Positions 20,188 through 29,729 of a DNA stretch of 64,000 bases are shown one piece after another (within the stretch, counting starts at the first letter, position 1; each line of letters starts with the position of its first letter). The DNA lies in IMG/VR virus record IMGVR_UViG_3300047160_006104, positions 29,865 through 93,864 of that record; one strand, written 5' to 3'. Both the position numbers and the translations under genes were made by a program. The notes under the pieces are model-generated. The model was not told where the DNA came from and did no database searches. It saw nothing but the letters and a program-made list of their open reading frames with translations. This stretch comes from a virus. Taxonomy: Duplodnaviria; Heunggongvirae; Uroviricota; Caudoviricetes.

Positions 20188-20654
20188 TGACCGTACGAGA
20201 ACCCACGCCCGGCCAGATACAAGCGGCCACAGATCTGTTTGAACTGCTGGTTGAGGGAGACCAAACCTACGTAACACTGAATGCGCGAATGGGCTGGACC
20301 CGGAACCAGATTCTGAAATATGTGCAGGTTCTGCGGGATGTGCTTGCCACAGACGCCGACACGATCTCGGTGACCTGTGACCCCGACCCCGATGATCCGC
20401 TCGGACCGTGGGTCTACACATTGCGGGCCGGCACCGGCATCGTCGACCCAGAAAATACCCGGTGGTTGGTTAACCGGCTAGGCGACGCTGAGCGTCGCTT
20501 AGTCACGATCCGTCATGTGGTGGATATCGCAGCCCAAACTCTGGATGGGCGCAGCAACGACGGCAAGAAAGCGCGCATCTACGCGCTGCACCTTAAACGT
20601 GCTGAGGAAGAAGTCGCCATGTTGACCAGTGACGGCCAGGCTCCTGGGCTTTAG
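20187..20654 (+). CDS. hypothetical protein
   Basis: ATGA coupling to upstream gene. Confidence 0.5.
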   Translation: MTVREPTPGQIQAATDLFELLVEGDQTYVTLNARMGWTRNQILKYVQVLRDVLATDADTISVTCDPDPDDPLGPWVYTLRAGTGIVDPENTRWLVNRLGDAERRLVTIRHVVDIAAQTLDGRSNDGKKARIYALHLKRAEEEVAMLTSDGQAPGL

Positions 20655-20706
20655 GGACCGGGCTAACGCAACTAGCCCGGTTCCATCAAACGAATAGATT
20701 TAAGCC

Positions 20707-20736
20707 AGGAGGCCAGGGTTCAACCCCTGGCCTCCT
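20707..20736. terminator. bidirectional terminator hairpin between convergent genes
   Basis: 12-bp perfect inverted repeat AGGAGGCCAGGG-ttcaa-CCCTGGCCTCCT. Confidence 0.6.
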
Positions 20737-20739
20737 AGC

Positions 20740-21216
20740 TTATGTCAAGCCGTACAAGCGTGTCATCACCGTCACGTCGTGGAATCGGCGGGCACCGCCG
20801 GATTGCGCGGCGCACACCGCCTGATCGGCCAGCGGCAGTTCGTCGGAGCACCAGTAGCTGACGACTCTGGCTGCCGCGGTGCGCAGGCCGACGTCGCCGA
20901 TGAAGGTGATGCCCTCCGCGGCGATCACCGCGACGATGCCGCAGGCGTGCTGCGCGTATTGGCGGTACAACGCCGCCAGCGTCAACGTGCCATACACCCC
21001 GCAATGACAGCCCGCCGCCGGCGCCGCATGCACACCCTCACCGTCTGTGCCGGGTTTGTATTTCACGCACACCGCCTCACACACCCCGTCTTTCCAGTGG
21101 CTGCCGTTCTGGATGATCGACGCCAACTGGCCGTCGACGATTTTGAAGGTCCGCAGCGCGTACCGGCCGACTTCAATGTTGACGGGTTCGGTGTTGTCGA
21201 TTCCGTAATCACTCAC
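20740..21216 (-). CDS. Cys-rich hypothetical protein
   Basis: GTG start overlapping stop of upstream ATPase gene. 'GCHCGVYG', several Cys/His. Confidence 0.45.
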   Translation of the reverse strand: MSDYGIDNTEPVNIEVGRYALRTFKIVDGQLASIIQNGSHWKDGVCEAVCVKYKPGTDGEGVHAAPAAGCHCGVYGTLTLAALYRQYAQHACGIVAVIAAEGITFIGDVGLRTAAARVVSYWCSDELPLADQAVCAAQSGGARRFHDVTVMTRLYGLT

Positions 21217-22399
21217 CGTCGACCTCGGGTGTAACGGGTGCAACGGGTGTAACGGGCACGTAGCGTTGCCAGGCGTCGGTGAAGTAGCCGCGCCGATACC
21301 CGCGGGCGACCCGGCCGGAACGTCCACCCATGCGCTGCAGCCGGGGTTCGACACCGTAACCGGACAGCAGTTTGGCCATCGCCGCAGCTGTCAGCCCAGC
21401 CCACGGGGATTCCTCCAACCCTTTGAGTTCGGTGACGAGCCGTTCGGTGAACAGCATGTCCACACCCAGACTGTCGAACACCTCTTTGGTGTCGGCCAGC
21501 AGCTGCATCCCGCGTGACGCGACAGCCTGCACACCGCAAACCGTTACACGTGTTACACCCGTTACACGCGCCGTTTCGGGCCAGTGGCCACCCGCCAAAT
21601 CCGCGACCGACAGCAGCGGCTCCCACACGTCGGCGTCACGGTCGGAAATCTCGTCAGGCATTTCCGGCAGGTAATTCAGCGCGTGTTCGTGGACGAACTC
21701 AGCCCAAAACTGCAGCAGATCACGAAGCTGTTCAGCTTCGGCGGGGCTGGTGCGCCGGTTCCACCGCTCCACGGTTTCCCCGGGCGCGCGGCGCTGCATC
21801 CGTATCACCACCGACCGGGTCCGGATGGTCGCCGGAACATCGGAGACGTCCATCATCCCGGCCATCGCCATCGCGCAGTACACGGAGTAGCGGATGATCC
21901 CACCTTTTTTGCCGCCGAGGTAGCGGTTGACGGTGGCGTCGCGGGCGTGACCGGAATCCAAGATACGGCGCATCCGCTCGTAGCGTCCCCCGCCGCCGAA
22001 CACCGTGTCCAACTCGTCGTAAAGCATGGTCGGGCGACCGCCGTTGATTTTGCGTTGCTCCTCGTTGACGTGATACAGGTACGCCGGTGTCAAATCGGTG
22101 GTGAAGTCAGGGTTAGGTACCAGATGCTGGGTGACCGTTAATGCCCTGGTTTTGCCGCTGCCGGCTTCGGGTGACACGAACAGCAGCCGCGGTGTGGTGT
22201 ACCAGGCGTCCATGAACCAGGTGTGCGCGATCCACAGCACATGCGCTCGGCGGGCGTCGTCGTCGGGGTAGGCGACGTAGCGCGCTAAAAACGCGTCGAT
22301 CTGATCGAGGATTTCGCAGCCTAAATCGGGTGCGAATTCGTATGGTGCGCCCTGGCGGAGCAGGTATTCGAGTTGGTCCTGCAGGTCAGGCTGGGACAT
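21209..22399 (-). CDS. DUF3631-like P-loop NTPase (putative replication/primase-associated ATPase)
   Basis: Walker A 'SPEAGSGKTR'. 396 aa. Architecture common in actinophage replication modules. Confidence 0.55.
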   Translation of the reverse strand: MSQPDLQDQLEYLLRQGAPYEFAPDLGCEILDQIDAFLARYVAYPDDDARRAHVLWIAHTWFMDAWYTTPRLLFVSPEAGSGKTRALTVTQHLVPNPDFTTDLTPAYLYHVNEEQRKINGGRPTMLYDELDTVFGGGGRYERMRRILDSGHARDATVNRYLGGKKGGIIRYSVYCAMAMAGMMDVSDVPATIRTRSVVIRMQRRAPGETVERWNRRTSPAEAEQLRDLLQFWAEFVHEHALNYLPEMPDEISDRDADVWEPLLSVADLAGGHWPETARVTGVTRVTVCGVQAVASRGMQLLADTKEVFDSLGVDMLFTERLVTELKGLEESPWAGLTAAAMAKLLSGYGVEPRLQRMGGRSGRVARGYRRGYFTDAWQRYVPVTPVAPVTPEVDGE

Positions 22400-22520
22400 G
22401 CGTGGGCTCCTTAGCGGGTGCTTTAGCGGGTGCCGGTGCGGGTTCGGGTGCGGGTTGGCGCACGGGTGGTGTTACGGGGATGATTTCGATTTTGCGGGGG
22501 TTGTCGCCGATCTCGCCCAT
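22386..22520 (-). CDS. small Pro/Ala-rich protein
   Basis: 44-aa ORF with RBS GGAAGGAAACC. Its stop overlaps ATG of ATPase gene. Not in supplied ORF track (<60 aa). Confidence 0.3.
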   Translation of the reverse strand: MGEIGDNPRKIEIIPVTPPVRQPAPEPAPAPAKAPAKEPTHVPA

Positions 22521-22724
22521 GATGGTTTCCTTCCATGGCTTTAGCAGGCCTTACCCACGATTATACGCCAGTCGGGTGGCATAACGGAAGGGGGGGTAAA
22601 TGACAGCGGTGTGGTCTGTCGGTGCACCGGGCTAACATGACCCGAAGAACGACAATCCCCCGAGCCACGCAGACACCCGGGGGATCATCACAGCGATACC
22701 AACGCCAGAAGAAAGGCTACCAAA

Positions 22725-23729
22725 ATGACCGACAATCCCAGCACAGAACTCGCCGCGATGACCCATGAAATCGAACCCGGTCAAGACTTCATGCTGGTAC
22801 CCACCACCAAAGCGGTGCAGCGCCTCGAGATGCACCAGCGGGCCATGGAACACGCACACGCCATCGCCAAGGTGTATTCGTGGTCCGACGCGGTACCCGA
22901 CGCGTACTGCCGGTTCACCAAAGACAAGGACGGCAACGAGCTCGGCGACCGCGCCACCTACAACGCCACCATCGCCATCCTGCACGGCGTGTCCCTGGGG
23001 CTGTCGCCGGACGCGGCCTTGGAGAACATTTTCATGATCAAAGGCAAACCGGCCACCTACGCAAGGCTGATGGTGGCGTTGGTGAACCGCTGGATCGACG
23101 AACGCGTCGCGGCCGGCCGCACCACCGCCGACCCCGACCACGGCGACCGGATCTGGGAGATCGAGGCCTCGCCAACCAAATGCACCTGGGGCGCGCGGCG
23201 CGACGGCATCACCAAGTACTCGGACTGGACCTATGCGCGCGCCCAGACCGCCGGCTACACCACCAACAAGCTGTATCAGTCCATCCCGCAGGAGATGCTG
23301 ACCGCCAAGGCGCAAGCCGAGGTGTGCCGCATCGTGTTCCCCGATGTGATCCTGGGCCTGTCCCACTCGATCGAGGAACTACGGATGGAGGACGGCATCA
23401 GCGTGCAGCGGATGCCGAGCCGCCGCGGGCCGCGTGGTGTCGAGGCGCTGCGCGAGCTCGCCGAGAAGCAAACGCAAACCGGACCCGGCGACGCCGATCC
23501 CGCGGCGGCCACCGCGGTTTCCGAGGTGCCCGCCGATGTGGCCAGCACTGAACAACTCGAAGCGATCAAAAAACTAGCCCGACAACGCAAACTCGCCGGC
23601 CAGGCGATGCTCGATGACATCGCAGCGTTCCTGCAGCGCCAGCAACCGCTGGGTGAACTGCGCGATCTTAGCCACGAGGAGGCCCAGGCCTACCTCGACG
23701 GGCTGCCTGAGACTGCTGAGCAGCCGTAG
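22725..23729 (+). CDS. RecT-like single-strand annealing protein
   Basis: 'TIAILHGVSLGLSPDAALENIFMIKGKPATYARLMVALV' resembles RecT core. Acidic C-terminus. Confidence 0.55.
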   Translation: MTDNPSTELAAMTHEIEPGQDFMLVPTTKAVQRLEMHQRAMEHAHAIAKVYSWSDAVPDAYCRFTKDKDGNELGDRATYNATIAILHGVSLGLSPDAALENIFMIKGKPATYARLMVALVNRWIDERVAAGRTTADPDHGDRIWEIEASPTKCTWGARRDGITKYSDWTYARAQTAGYTTNKLYQSIPQEMLTAKAQAEVCRIVFPDVILGLSHSIEELRMEDGISVQRMPSRRGPRGVEALRELAEKQTQTGPGDADPAAATAVSEVPADVASTEQLEAIKKLARQRKLAGQAMLDDIAAFLQRQQPLGELRDLSHEEAQAYLDGLPETAEQP

Positions 23730-23809
23730 GAAAATTTCAGTGATGTAGTTCAAAGTGACCGGTGTGTCGCGGTTCCGTAACGGCGAGGTGAGGACTAGCC
23801 TTCCACAAG

Positions 23810-23850
23810 TTGAACCCCGGCCCTGAGAGGTTAGGTGGGGCCGGGGTTCA
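23810..23850 (+). terminator. rho-independent terminator-like hairpin
   Basis: 14-bp inverted repeat TTGAACCCCGGCCC ... GGGCCGGGGTTCAA after RecT-like gene. Confidence 0.55.
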
Positions 23851-23925
23851 AAACGGTAAGTGATCTAGCCTTCGGAAGGGCTTGTACCGTGTGGATGAGG
23901 ATACCACAATATATGGGCCACGCGA

Positions 23926-24717
23926 ATGGTTGACGCGCGTTATCCCGATCGTTGGTTATCCGATCGACGCATTCAACGGCTGACCGACCGGGGGCACCGG
24001 GCTTTTGTCAGCGCGCTCACATGGTCGGTGTCGAATCGCACTGATGGTTATTTGGAACCGGAGGATCTCTCGCTTATTCCTGGCTTTGCTTTAGGTTGCG
24101 AGGACGAGTTGGTTGCTTCCACGCTATTGGGTGAGTGTGGACGGGGATGGCTCCTTGAGCCATTCGCCTCAACGCAGACCAGTCGTGCCGAGCTGGAGAG
24201 CCTAGAGATGGCGCGAGCCAAGGACCGAGAGCGCAAAGCAAAATCTCGTGCCGGACCGTCCACTGGACTGTCCGCCGGACAGTCCAGTGGACAAGTGGAC
24301 GGACTACACAGGCAGGCCCGCCAGGCTTCGCCTGCCGGGCACCCTACGGATGCCCAAGGTGAGACTCACACCCAGACAGAACCCCAAGTCGTCACCCAGC
24401 CGGGAACGGCACTAGAGCCGGTGGGTTCTAAGCGACGATCCTCGCCGCGAACCCAGATCCCTGATGGTTGGCGCCCACCGCGGGAGGTCGCGCTGCGCAT
24501 GATGGAGAAATATCCACATCTGAATTTAGCCGCAGAAGTCGAAGCGTTCATCAACCATCACCAGGCACATGGCAACGGGATGGTCGACTGGACGAAAGCG
24601 TTCTGGACCTGGTTAGGAAATACCCGCAAATTCGGCGCTAATGGTGGCAACGGCCATGAGTTAAGCACTGTCGATCAAAAGGCTGCCGGCTGGCAGGCTA
24701 GAAAGGAACACGCATGA
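23926..24717 (+). CDS. hypothetical protein (possible replication-associated wHTH protein)
   Basis: 263-aa ORF. Ser/Gly/Gln-rich linker. Start uncertain. Confidence 0.4.
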   Translation: MVDARYPDRWLSDRRIQRLTDRGHRAFVSALTWSVSNRTDGYLEPEDLSLIPGFALGCEDELVASTLLGECGRGWLLEPFASTQTSRAELESLEMARAKDRERKAKSRAGPSTGLSAGQSSGQVDGLHRQARQASPAGHPTDAQGETHTQTEPQVVTQPGTALEPVGSKRRSSPRTQIPDGWRPPREVALRMMEKYPHLNLAAEVEAFINHHQAHGNGMVDWTKAFWTWLGNTRKFGANGGNGHELSTVDQKAAGWQARKEHA

Positions 24718-24971
24718 CGCACGCTGTAAACGAGCCGCAGCACTTTCCTTGGTTCTTACGGAAATCGTGCGGTGTTCTATGTGAACACTGCAGCGAACCG
24801 GTGGATAACGGTTATCTAACTTTCCGACCCATTAACGCCGAACACACCGCGCCGAACGGGGACGTATTCCCGTGTGAACATTGGCTGTGTCTCACCTGTT
24901 GTTCGAGGATCACGACGAAATGGACCCGTGATTCAGGGGTTGTTTACAAGCCGAACGGAGAATACCGGTGA
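24714..24971 (+). CDS. Cys-rich zinc-binding small protein
   Basis: CEHC...CEHWLCLTCC. ATGA coupling. Confidence 0.45.
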   Translation: MTHAVNEPQHFPWFLRKSCGVLCEHCSEPVDNGYLTFRPINAEHTAPNGDVFPCEHWLCLTCCSRITTKWTRDSGVVYKPNGEYR

Positions 24972-25339
24972 TCAGCCGCAACGATATTCTCGATGCCATC
25001 ACCAAGTGTGTGGGTTACGACCCGGTCCACGCCCCTAAACAGTCGGAAATTATTGAGAATGCCTGGGTCGAACATTTCGAGGCGTATCCCAGCATGAACC
25101 GCGACCAGTTGCTCACGGCCATCGCTGAGTACTACCGCACTCCACATCGGCCGTTCCCTCAGCCAGCCGATCTGAGCGTTATTGTGCGGATACGCCGCGA
25201 GGATGACTGGCAGCGCCGGTCATCTCCTGAACTTCAACCGCGGCCCGCAAGCGCCGAGCATCGCGCCAAATGTATGGCCGAGATCAGAGCGATTATCAAC
25301 AAGCAAGCGAACCGCTGGTCAATACCTGAGGCGTTATGA
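24968..25339 (+). CDS. hypothetical protein
   Basis: 123 aa, coupled. Confidence 0.45.
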   Translation: MISRNDILDAITKCVGYDPVHAPKQSEIIENAWVEHFEAYPSMNRDQLLTAIAEYYRTPHRPFPQPADLSVIVRIRREDDWQRRSSPELQPRPASAEHRAKCMAEIRAIINKQANRWSIPEAL

Positions 25340-25572
25340 GCAACTGGGCAAATCGCGAGGCCGACTTCGACGGGCCTGTCGATGAATGGGGCAGGCCAGC
25401 GACCGGTGATGAAGCCTTAGATATTGAGGTTCGTTTCCGGGTCAATGATTCGACTTTGTATCGCTTCACCTTCGAAAGTCCCACTCAGCAGGCCTATTGT
25501 GGCTCATGGCGCGAATCGCGCGAACAGGCCTACCGGGAAGGCCAGCAGTGGATGCGGGAGGGTCGACTGTGA
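25336..25572 (+). CDS. hypothetical protein
   Basis: 78 aa, coupled. Confidence 0.4.
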   Translation: MSNWANREADFDGPVDEWGRPATGDEALDIEVRFRVNDSTLYRFTFESPTQQAYCGSWRESREQAYREGQQWMREGRL

Positions 25573-25880
25573 CGACCCATCCGCAGTCGGTCCGCTGCCC
25601 GTGGTGTGCAGCGGCTCCCACGGAGCCGTGCACCGTGCCGGCAGGCCCGGGCGCACGCAAGAAACTCTTCCGCCAGGAGCCGCTGAAACTCACCTCGTGG
25701 CACCCGTCGCGGGTGGCCGCTGCGATGACCCTTGACGGCGTTGGCGAGGGTGAGATCGAGCGGCGCACCACTGCGGTGTTACAGGCCGCGACGGCGCGCT
25801 ACCGTGAGCAGCCTGGCTGCGCAGCCGAAACGGTGGTGGTGGCGCCTCAGCCGGCTGGAAAGGCTTCAGATGACCGATGA
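25569..25880 (+). CDS. hypothetical zinc-finger protein
   Basis: GTGA overlap start. 'RCPWCAAAPTEPC'. Confidence 0.4.
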   Translation: MTTHPQSVRCPWCAAAPTEPCTVPAGPGARKKLFRQEPLKLTSWHPSRVAAAMTLDGVGEGEIERRTTAVLQAATARYREQPGCAAETVVVAPQPAGKASDDR

Positions 25881-26157
25881 CACCAGACTGGGCCTGTTCG
25901 AGCTTCCTCGCGCGCCCCGTCCGGCGGCGATGGTGGTTCCTGAATGGGTTACCTGTGGGCGTTGCGGCGCGCGGTGGACTGGACTGGCTGTGTGTCACTG
26001 CTCAGGCTGCCATAAAACCTTCACCGCGATCAGCGCGTTCCAGATGCACCGCGTCGGTAGTCAGTGCGTTGATCCGGCTCGCGCGGGCCTGGTGGCGGTC
26101 CGTAGACAGTATTGGGCTGGCTGGCGGTACCCAGGTGAACGACCCGCTATTTCGTAA
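25870..26157 (+). CDS. hypothetical zinc-ribbon protein
   Basis: 'CGRCGARW...CHCSGCHK'. Confidence 0.4.
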   Translation: MTDDTRLGLFELPRAPRPAAMVVPEWVTCGRCGARWTGLAVCHCSGCHKTFTAISAFQMHRVGSQCVDPARAGLVAVRRQYWAGWRYPGERPAIS

Positions 26158-26380
26158 TACGGGAAACCAGGCGCAGACTGTGCGGCACGGGGGGAGCGTC
26201 GAGAGGCAGGCGCAGGTATGTGTGCGGTGTGTGGGTCCAAAGCAGCGATCGAAGGGCTGGATGTGTGTATCTGGTGTTTGGCGTGCATCAGCCCCAATAT
26301 GGTTGCTGGCTGCGAGTTGGGTCATCAGCGAGCAAACACTGTTGAGGTGGTTCACGTAAGACAACCGGCGGGCGTATAAA

Positions 26381-26878
26381 GTGCCCCAACACGTCAACCC
26401 TGAAACGGCTGTGATCGACGCGATCGGCGCGTTGGTGGCCGAGTCGCTGCTCGCGCAGCGGATGGATGACTACAACCGGCCGTGGACGGAGCGCTGCGAG
26501 CACTGCCACCACCAGTGGCACGGCCTGCGGTGCAGCACACCGGGAACCTTCGCAGGGTGTCTGTGTCCGGGAGCGTTCGCCACCGACGAAGAAATCCGGG
26601 CCTTCAAAAACCCCCCCTTACCAGATGACATTCAGGTACAGCGTTTAAGGGATGGGTTGGCTGACGCGCGGCGGTGGCGGGAGATGAATCGTCAGGAAAT
26701 CGCCGCGATTTACGGCATTCCTGCGCATCTTGTTGGCGCTCCGGAGTCGGCGGCGGAGTCGCCGGCGGGGTCAGCTGACCCTGAGGGAATGGGCTGGGTG
26801 GCTGTCTGTGTCGAGATCACTGCTGAACGGATGTCGCAGGGGCTAGGCAATCCTGGGTGTCTCGGACACGCGCGGTGA
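26381..26878 (+). CDS. hypothetical protein
   Basis: 165 aa. CEHCHHQWHGLRC motif. Confidence 0.45.
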   Translation: MPQHVNPETAVIDAIGALVAESLLAQRMDDYNRPWTERCEHCHHQWHGLRCSTPGTFAGCLCPGAFATDEEIRAFKNPPLPDDIQVQRLRDGLADARRWREMNRQEIAAIYGIPAHLVGAPESAAESPAGSADPEGMGWVAVCVEITAERMSQGLGNPGCLGHAR

Positions 26879-27087
26879 GGTGAGCATCGGCGGCTGCGGT
26901 CATACGGCGCGCGAGTTGGAGTAACTCGAATTCGTGGCCGTTGGGCATTTCGTAAGCCAGCGCATGTAGTTCGAGCGCGAACGCGCGTAACTCACGGTCA
27001 AAAGGTACGGGGGGCATCCGTACGACCTTAGTCAGCGCCGAAAACCGGTGCCAGCAACCACGCTGCTGTAATTATGTTAGGTTCGTC

Positions 27088-27774
27088 TCACCCGTGCAGC
27101 TCAAACAACGCCAGTTCGTGAGGCTGCGCGATGACACCGCCCGGTGGGCTCATCTCGTCAATCCCGTCGACGCGTTTCAGGTGAAACGGTGCCGCGGTCA
27201 AGTCATGCGGACGTTCCATATAACCCGCCCACGGCACATCAGGATTAGCCGACAGATACGCGGCGTAGTCGAACGTGTTGTCGGCTCCCGGGTAATTCGA
27301 CGCCAGCAGATACCGGCTGCCGCTATCTTCGAATTTGTTGACCATCCCCATGATTTGTTCGGTGGGCAGGTGCGCTAAAAAATCCCGGCATAGGATTGCA
27401 TGCACTTTCGGGAACCGTTTACGTGTCAACAGGTTCGCGCAAATAAATGTCATCGCTTTGTAGTGGCCTAGTTCGCGGCGGTTAGCGTCGATGATGGGCT
27501 GGTTCACGTCGATACCGATGTAGCTGTCCAAGCAACTCAGGTCGGTGTTCTTCAGCCAGCCGCAGTCACCGCACGGCGCGTCCAGCAGCATCGTAATGTC
27601 GTAGTGGCGCAGCAGACCCGGCAGCGCCGCACGTAGACCTCGGGTGTATTCCAGCGACGAGCCGGGACCATTAACGCTGCCGCCGTTGATGACCATGAAC
27701 ATCGGGTCTTTATGCATATCTGCCACGATTTGACCCCAGGCCGAAGCCTGCTGTGTGACAAAGTCGTCGGTCAT
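27088..27774 (-). CDS. class I SAM-dependent methyltransferase (paralog of 12044..12778)
   Basis: 'MLLDAPCGDCGWL', 'RDFLAHLPTEQIMGMVNKFEDSGSRYLLASNYPGADNTFDY' colinear with paralog. Confidence 0.55.
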   Translation of the reverse strand: MTDDFVTQQASAWGQIVADMHKDPMFMVINGGSVNGPGSSLEYTRGLRAALPGLLRHYDITMLLDAPCGDCGWLKNTDLSCLDSYIGIDVNQPIIDANRRELGHYKAMTFICANLLTRKRFPKVHAILCRDFLAHLPTEQIMGMVNKFEDSGSRYLLASNYPGADNTFDYAAYLSANPDVPWAGYMERPHDLTAAPFHLKRVDGIDEMSPPGGVIAQPHELALFELHG

Positions 27775-28172
27775 CGCCGGTAGTTGAGCAGCGACATGAC
27801 GCCACTGTAGGTGTTACGTAGCCGTTTGTCTGGCGACCAGGCCAGGTTCGGTAGGGCGTTGTTGGTGAGGTCACCGTCGGTGTTGATGGCATCGAAGCCG
27901 CGGGGCCGGGGCTGGTCGAACGCTTCCAACACGAGTCGGCGCACCGGGATTTGCCGGTATTGGCCGTCGCGCCACAAGTTGACCACCATCACCCCGTCGG
28001 CGGCGCGGATACGCGGTGTCAACATTTTCCCTTTGAGGTGCCGGGTGGAGCGTTCCCGCCCGCCGACGTCACGTTCGACTGACCGGACCCCGCCGTGGTC
28101 GCTGACTTCGTAGAGGCCGACCCAGCCGCGCGCCGGGAGCCACTGTTCTGTCATGGCGTTCAGCGTAGGCAC
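27771..28172 (-). CDS. HNH homing-type endonuclease (NUMOD4-like N-terminus)
   Basis: 'WLPARGWVGLYEVSDHGGVRSVER' NUMOD4 plus HNH-like tail. Similar N-terminus to HNH at 51398. Confidence 0.55.
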   Translation of the reverse strand: MPTLNAMTEQWLPARGWVGLYEVSDHGGVRSVERDVGGRERSTRHLKGKMLTPRIRAADGVMVVNLWRDGQYRQIPVRRLVLEAFDQPRPRGFDAINTDGDLTNNALPNLAWSPDKRLRNTYSGVMSLLNYRR

Positions 28173-28247
28173 CGCCGGTTGGCTGCCGGTGAACCGCGCC
28201 GCGGCGTGTCGCGCTTGACGCAGGTGCTAAGGGAGGATTCTTGGTTC

Positions 28248-28415
28248 ATGGTCACCATGATCTGCCGCGCGGTCCGGGCGGTCTACCGGTGGTTGTGGCG
28301 GGGACCGCTGCCTATCCCAGACGACTATCTGGAGGTGCCCAACACTGCGGCGTGTCACGCCTGTACGTGTGAGCGGCATTACGCCGACGACTACGACGAC
28401 GACCCCGCGTCATGA
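28248..28415 (+). CDS. small hypothetical protein
   Basis: RBS AAGGGAGGA. 55 aa. Confidence 0.35.
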   Translation: MVTMICRAVRAVYRWLWRGPLPIPDDYLEVPNTAACHACTCERHYADDYDDDPAS

Positions 28416-28522
28416 CTGACTGGCTAGCGCACCTCTCCGAGACGGCGGTCACCTGGATCATGCTGACCGCGTGCCTGATCGCGCTGACGGCCGGCCTGTT
28501 CGTCGCCGTCCTGCTGGGTTAA
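28412..28522 (+). CDS. 36-aa single-TM membrane peptide
   Basis: ATGA-coupled. 'VTWIMLTACLIALTAGLFVAVLL'. Confidence 0.3.
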   Translation: MTDWLAHLSETAVTWIMLTACLIALTAGLFVAVLLG

Positions 28523-28625
28523 GACGGCACCGCGCTGAATTGGCGGCGCACACTAGGCTCGAACTGCACCGTGTTGGTCAGCCCGTTGCCGAGTTGGCTG
28601 TAGTAGCCGAACTGGTGCGATGACT
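28522..28625 (-). pseudogene. orphan C-terminal fragment of a lectin/lyase-like gene (paralog of 28929..29729 C-terminus)
   Basis: Minus-strand translation gives QFGYYSQLGNGLTNTVQFEPSVRRQFSAVPS*, vs intact gene QFGYYSQLGAGLTNQVQFGPSVRRQFTTVPS*. Confidence 0.4.
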
Positions 28626-28647
28626 GCTGGCGCGCAAGGATCACACC

Positions 28648-28977
28648 ATGACCACCGTGGATGATTGCCCGCATTGCGGCCACGGGTGGGCGCTCCATTT
28701 GGAACGAACGAATTGTCTTGACTGCGGTTGCATGTGGACACTTCCGAAGCCGCCACCAGCGCCGCTCACCGAACGCGAGCTATTCGTGAGGCGTATTGCT
28801 GGCCTAATCCGTGAATCCGTGCGCGACCACTGCGATGGATACACCGACGAGTACGGGGTAGTGGACGGTGATGTCGATTTTATGAAGGTGGCTGAATCGC
28901 TCATCGACAAGTTCGGCCTTTCGCCTGCTCAACTGGGCACTGTCGTGAACTGGCGTCGCACCGACGGGCCGAACTGA
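28648..28977 (+). CDS. zinc-ribbon protein (CPHCGH...CLDCGC)
   Basis: 109-aa ORF flanked by the two copies of the duplicated ~100-bp segment. Confidence 0.4.
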   Translation: MTTVDDCPHCGHGWALHLERTNCLDCGCMWTLPKPPPAPLTERELFVRRIAGLIRESVRDHCDGYTDEYGVVDGDVDFMKVAESLIDKFGLSPAQLGTVVNWRRTDGPN

Positions 28978-29729
28978 ACCTGATTCGTCAACCCGGCGCC
29001 GAGCTGACTGTAATAGCCGAACTGCAAATAAGGTTTCCCGAAACTGCTCCAGTACGTTTGGCCTGAGTAGTTGGCGTAGCAGACGCCGTCGACGAACCAC
29101 TGCATGAACCCGGTGGTGTCGGCGGCCCATTTGGCTTGCATCACCACCTGATGCCACGCGCCCAGCGCGAGCGGCCCAGCGCTGTAATAGGTCTTCACGT
29201 TGGAACCACCGGAGTCGTACTGCACGTAGAATTTCCACCACGGCGCGGCGGGGGTGCCTTTCTGGCTGGTGTCGATCTGAATCGAATGGGCTTGGTTGGC
29301 TTGGGTGTGGAACTCCCAGAGCAGGCCGCAGAAAAACGGCGGCGGGAAACTCTGCGCAGGCAGATAGATCCAGGTGCTCCACTGGGCGATGGTGCCCAGC
29401 GCATCAGGGCTCGACCCGGCCTGGGTGCCTTGACACAGGATCGTTTTGTCCTGGCTTGACCAGACCGCGACGTCGGTGTCGGTGCAGGTCATCGAGAATC
29501 CCGGCCCGTTGGGAGTGGTGATCTGGGACAGGTGCGCGTTGCCGACGACGGGGGTTTGCCACGCCGGGACGAACGCGGCGGGGGTGTCTTTGAACGTTTG
29601 AACAGTGTTGGTGACGGTGCCGCCGGTCCAGATGTGCGGACCCGTCGTGGCGGCGCTCACTACTGGGTCGGTCAACGTCACTGTCGAGGTGGCGCCGTCG
29701 GCGGCGACCAGCGGAACGATGACGCTCAT
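28929..29729 (-). CDS. ConA-like lectin/glucanase-fold protein (polysaccharide lyase/hydrolase-like)
   Basis: 266 aa, beta-rich. 'WHQVVMQAKW', 'KPYLQFGYYSQ'. Confidence 0.4.
   Translation of the reverse strand: MSVIVPLVAADGATSTVTLTDPVVSAATTGPHIWTGGTVTNTVQTFKDTPAAFVPAWQTPVVGNAHLSQITTPNGPGFSMTCTDTDVAVWSSQDKTILCQGTQAGSSPDALGTIAQWSTWIYLPAQSFPPPFFCGLLWEFHTQANQAHSIQIDTSQKGTPAAPWWKFYVQYDSGGSNVKTYYSAGPLALGAWHQVVMQAKWAADTTGFMQWFVDGVCYANYSGQTYWSSFGKPYLQFGYYSQLGAGLTNQVQFGPSVRRQFTTVPS

Noticed and set aside
22632-23366. 244-aa minus-strand ORF opposite the RecT-like gene
   Set aside because: Fully antisense to a well-supported gene. Gly/Arg/His-rich wrong-frame composition.
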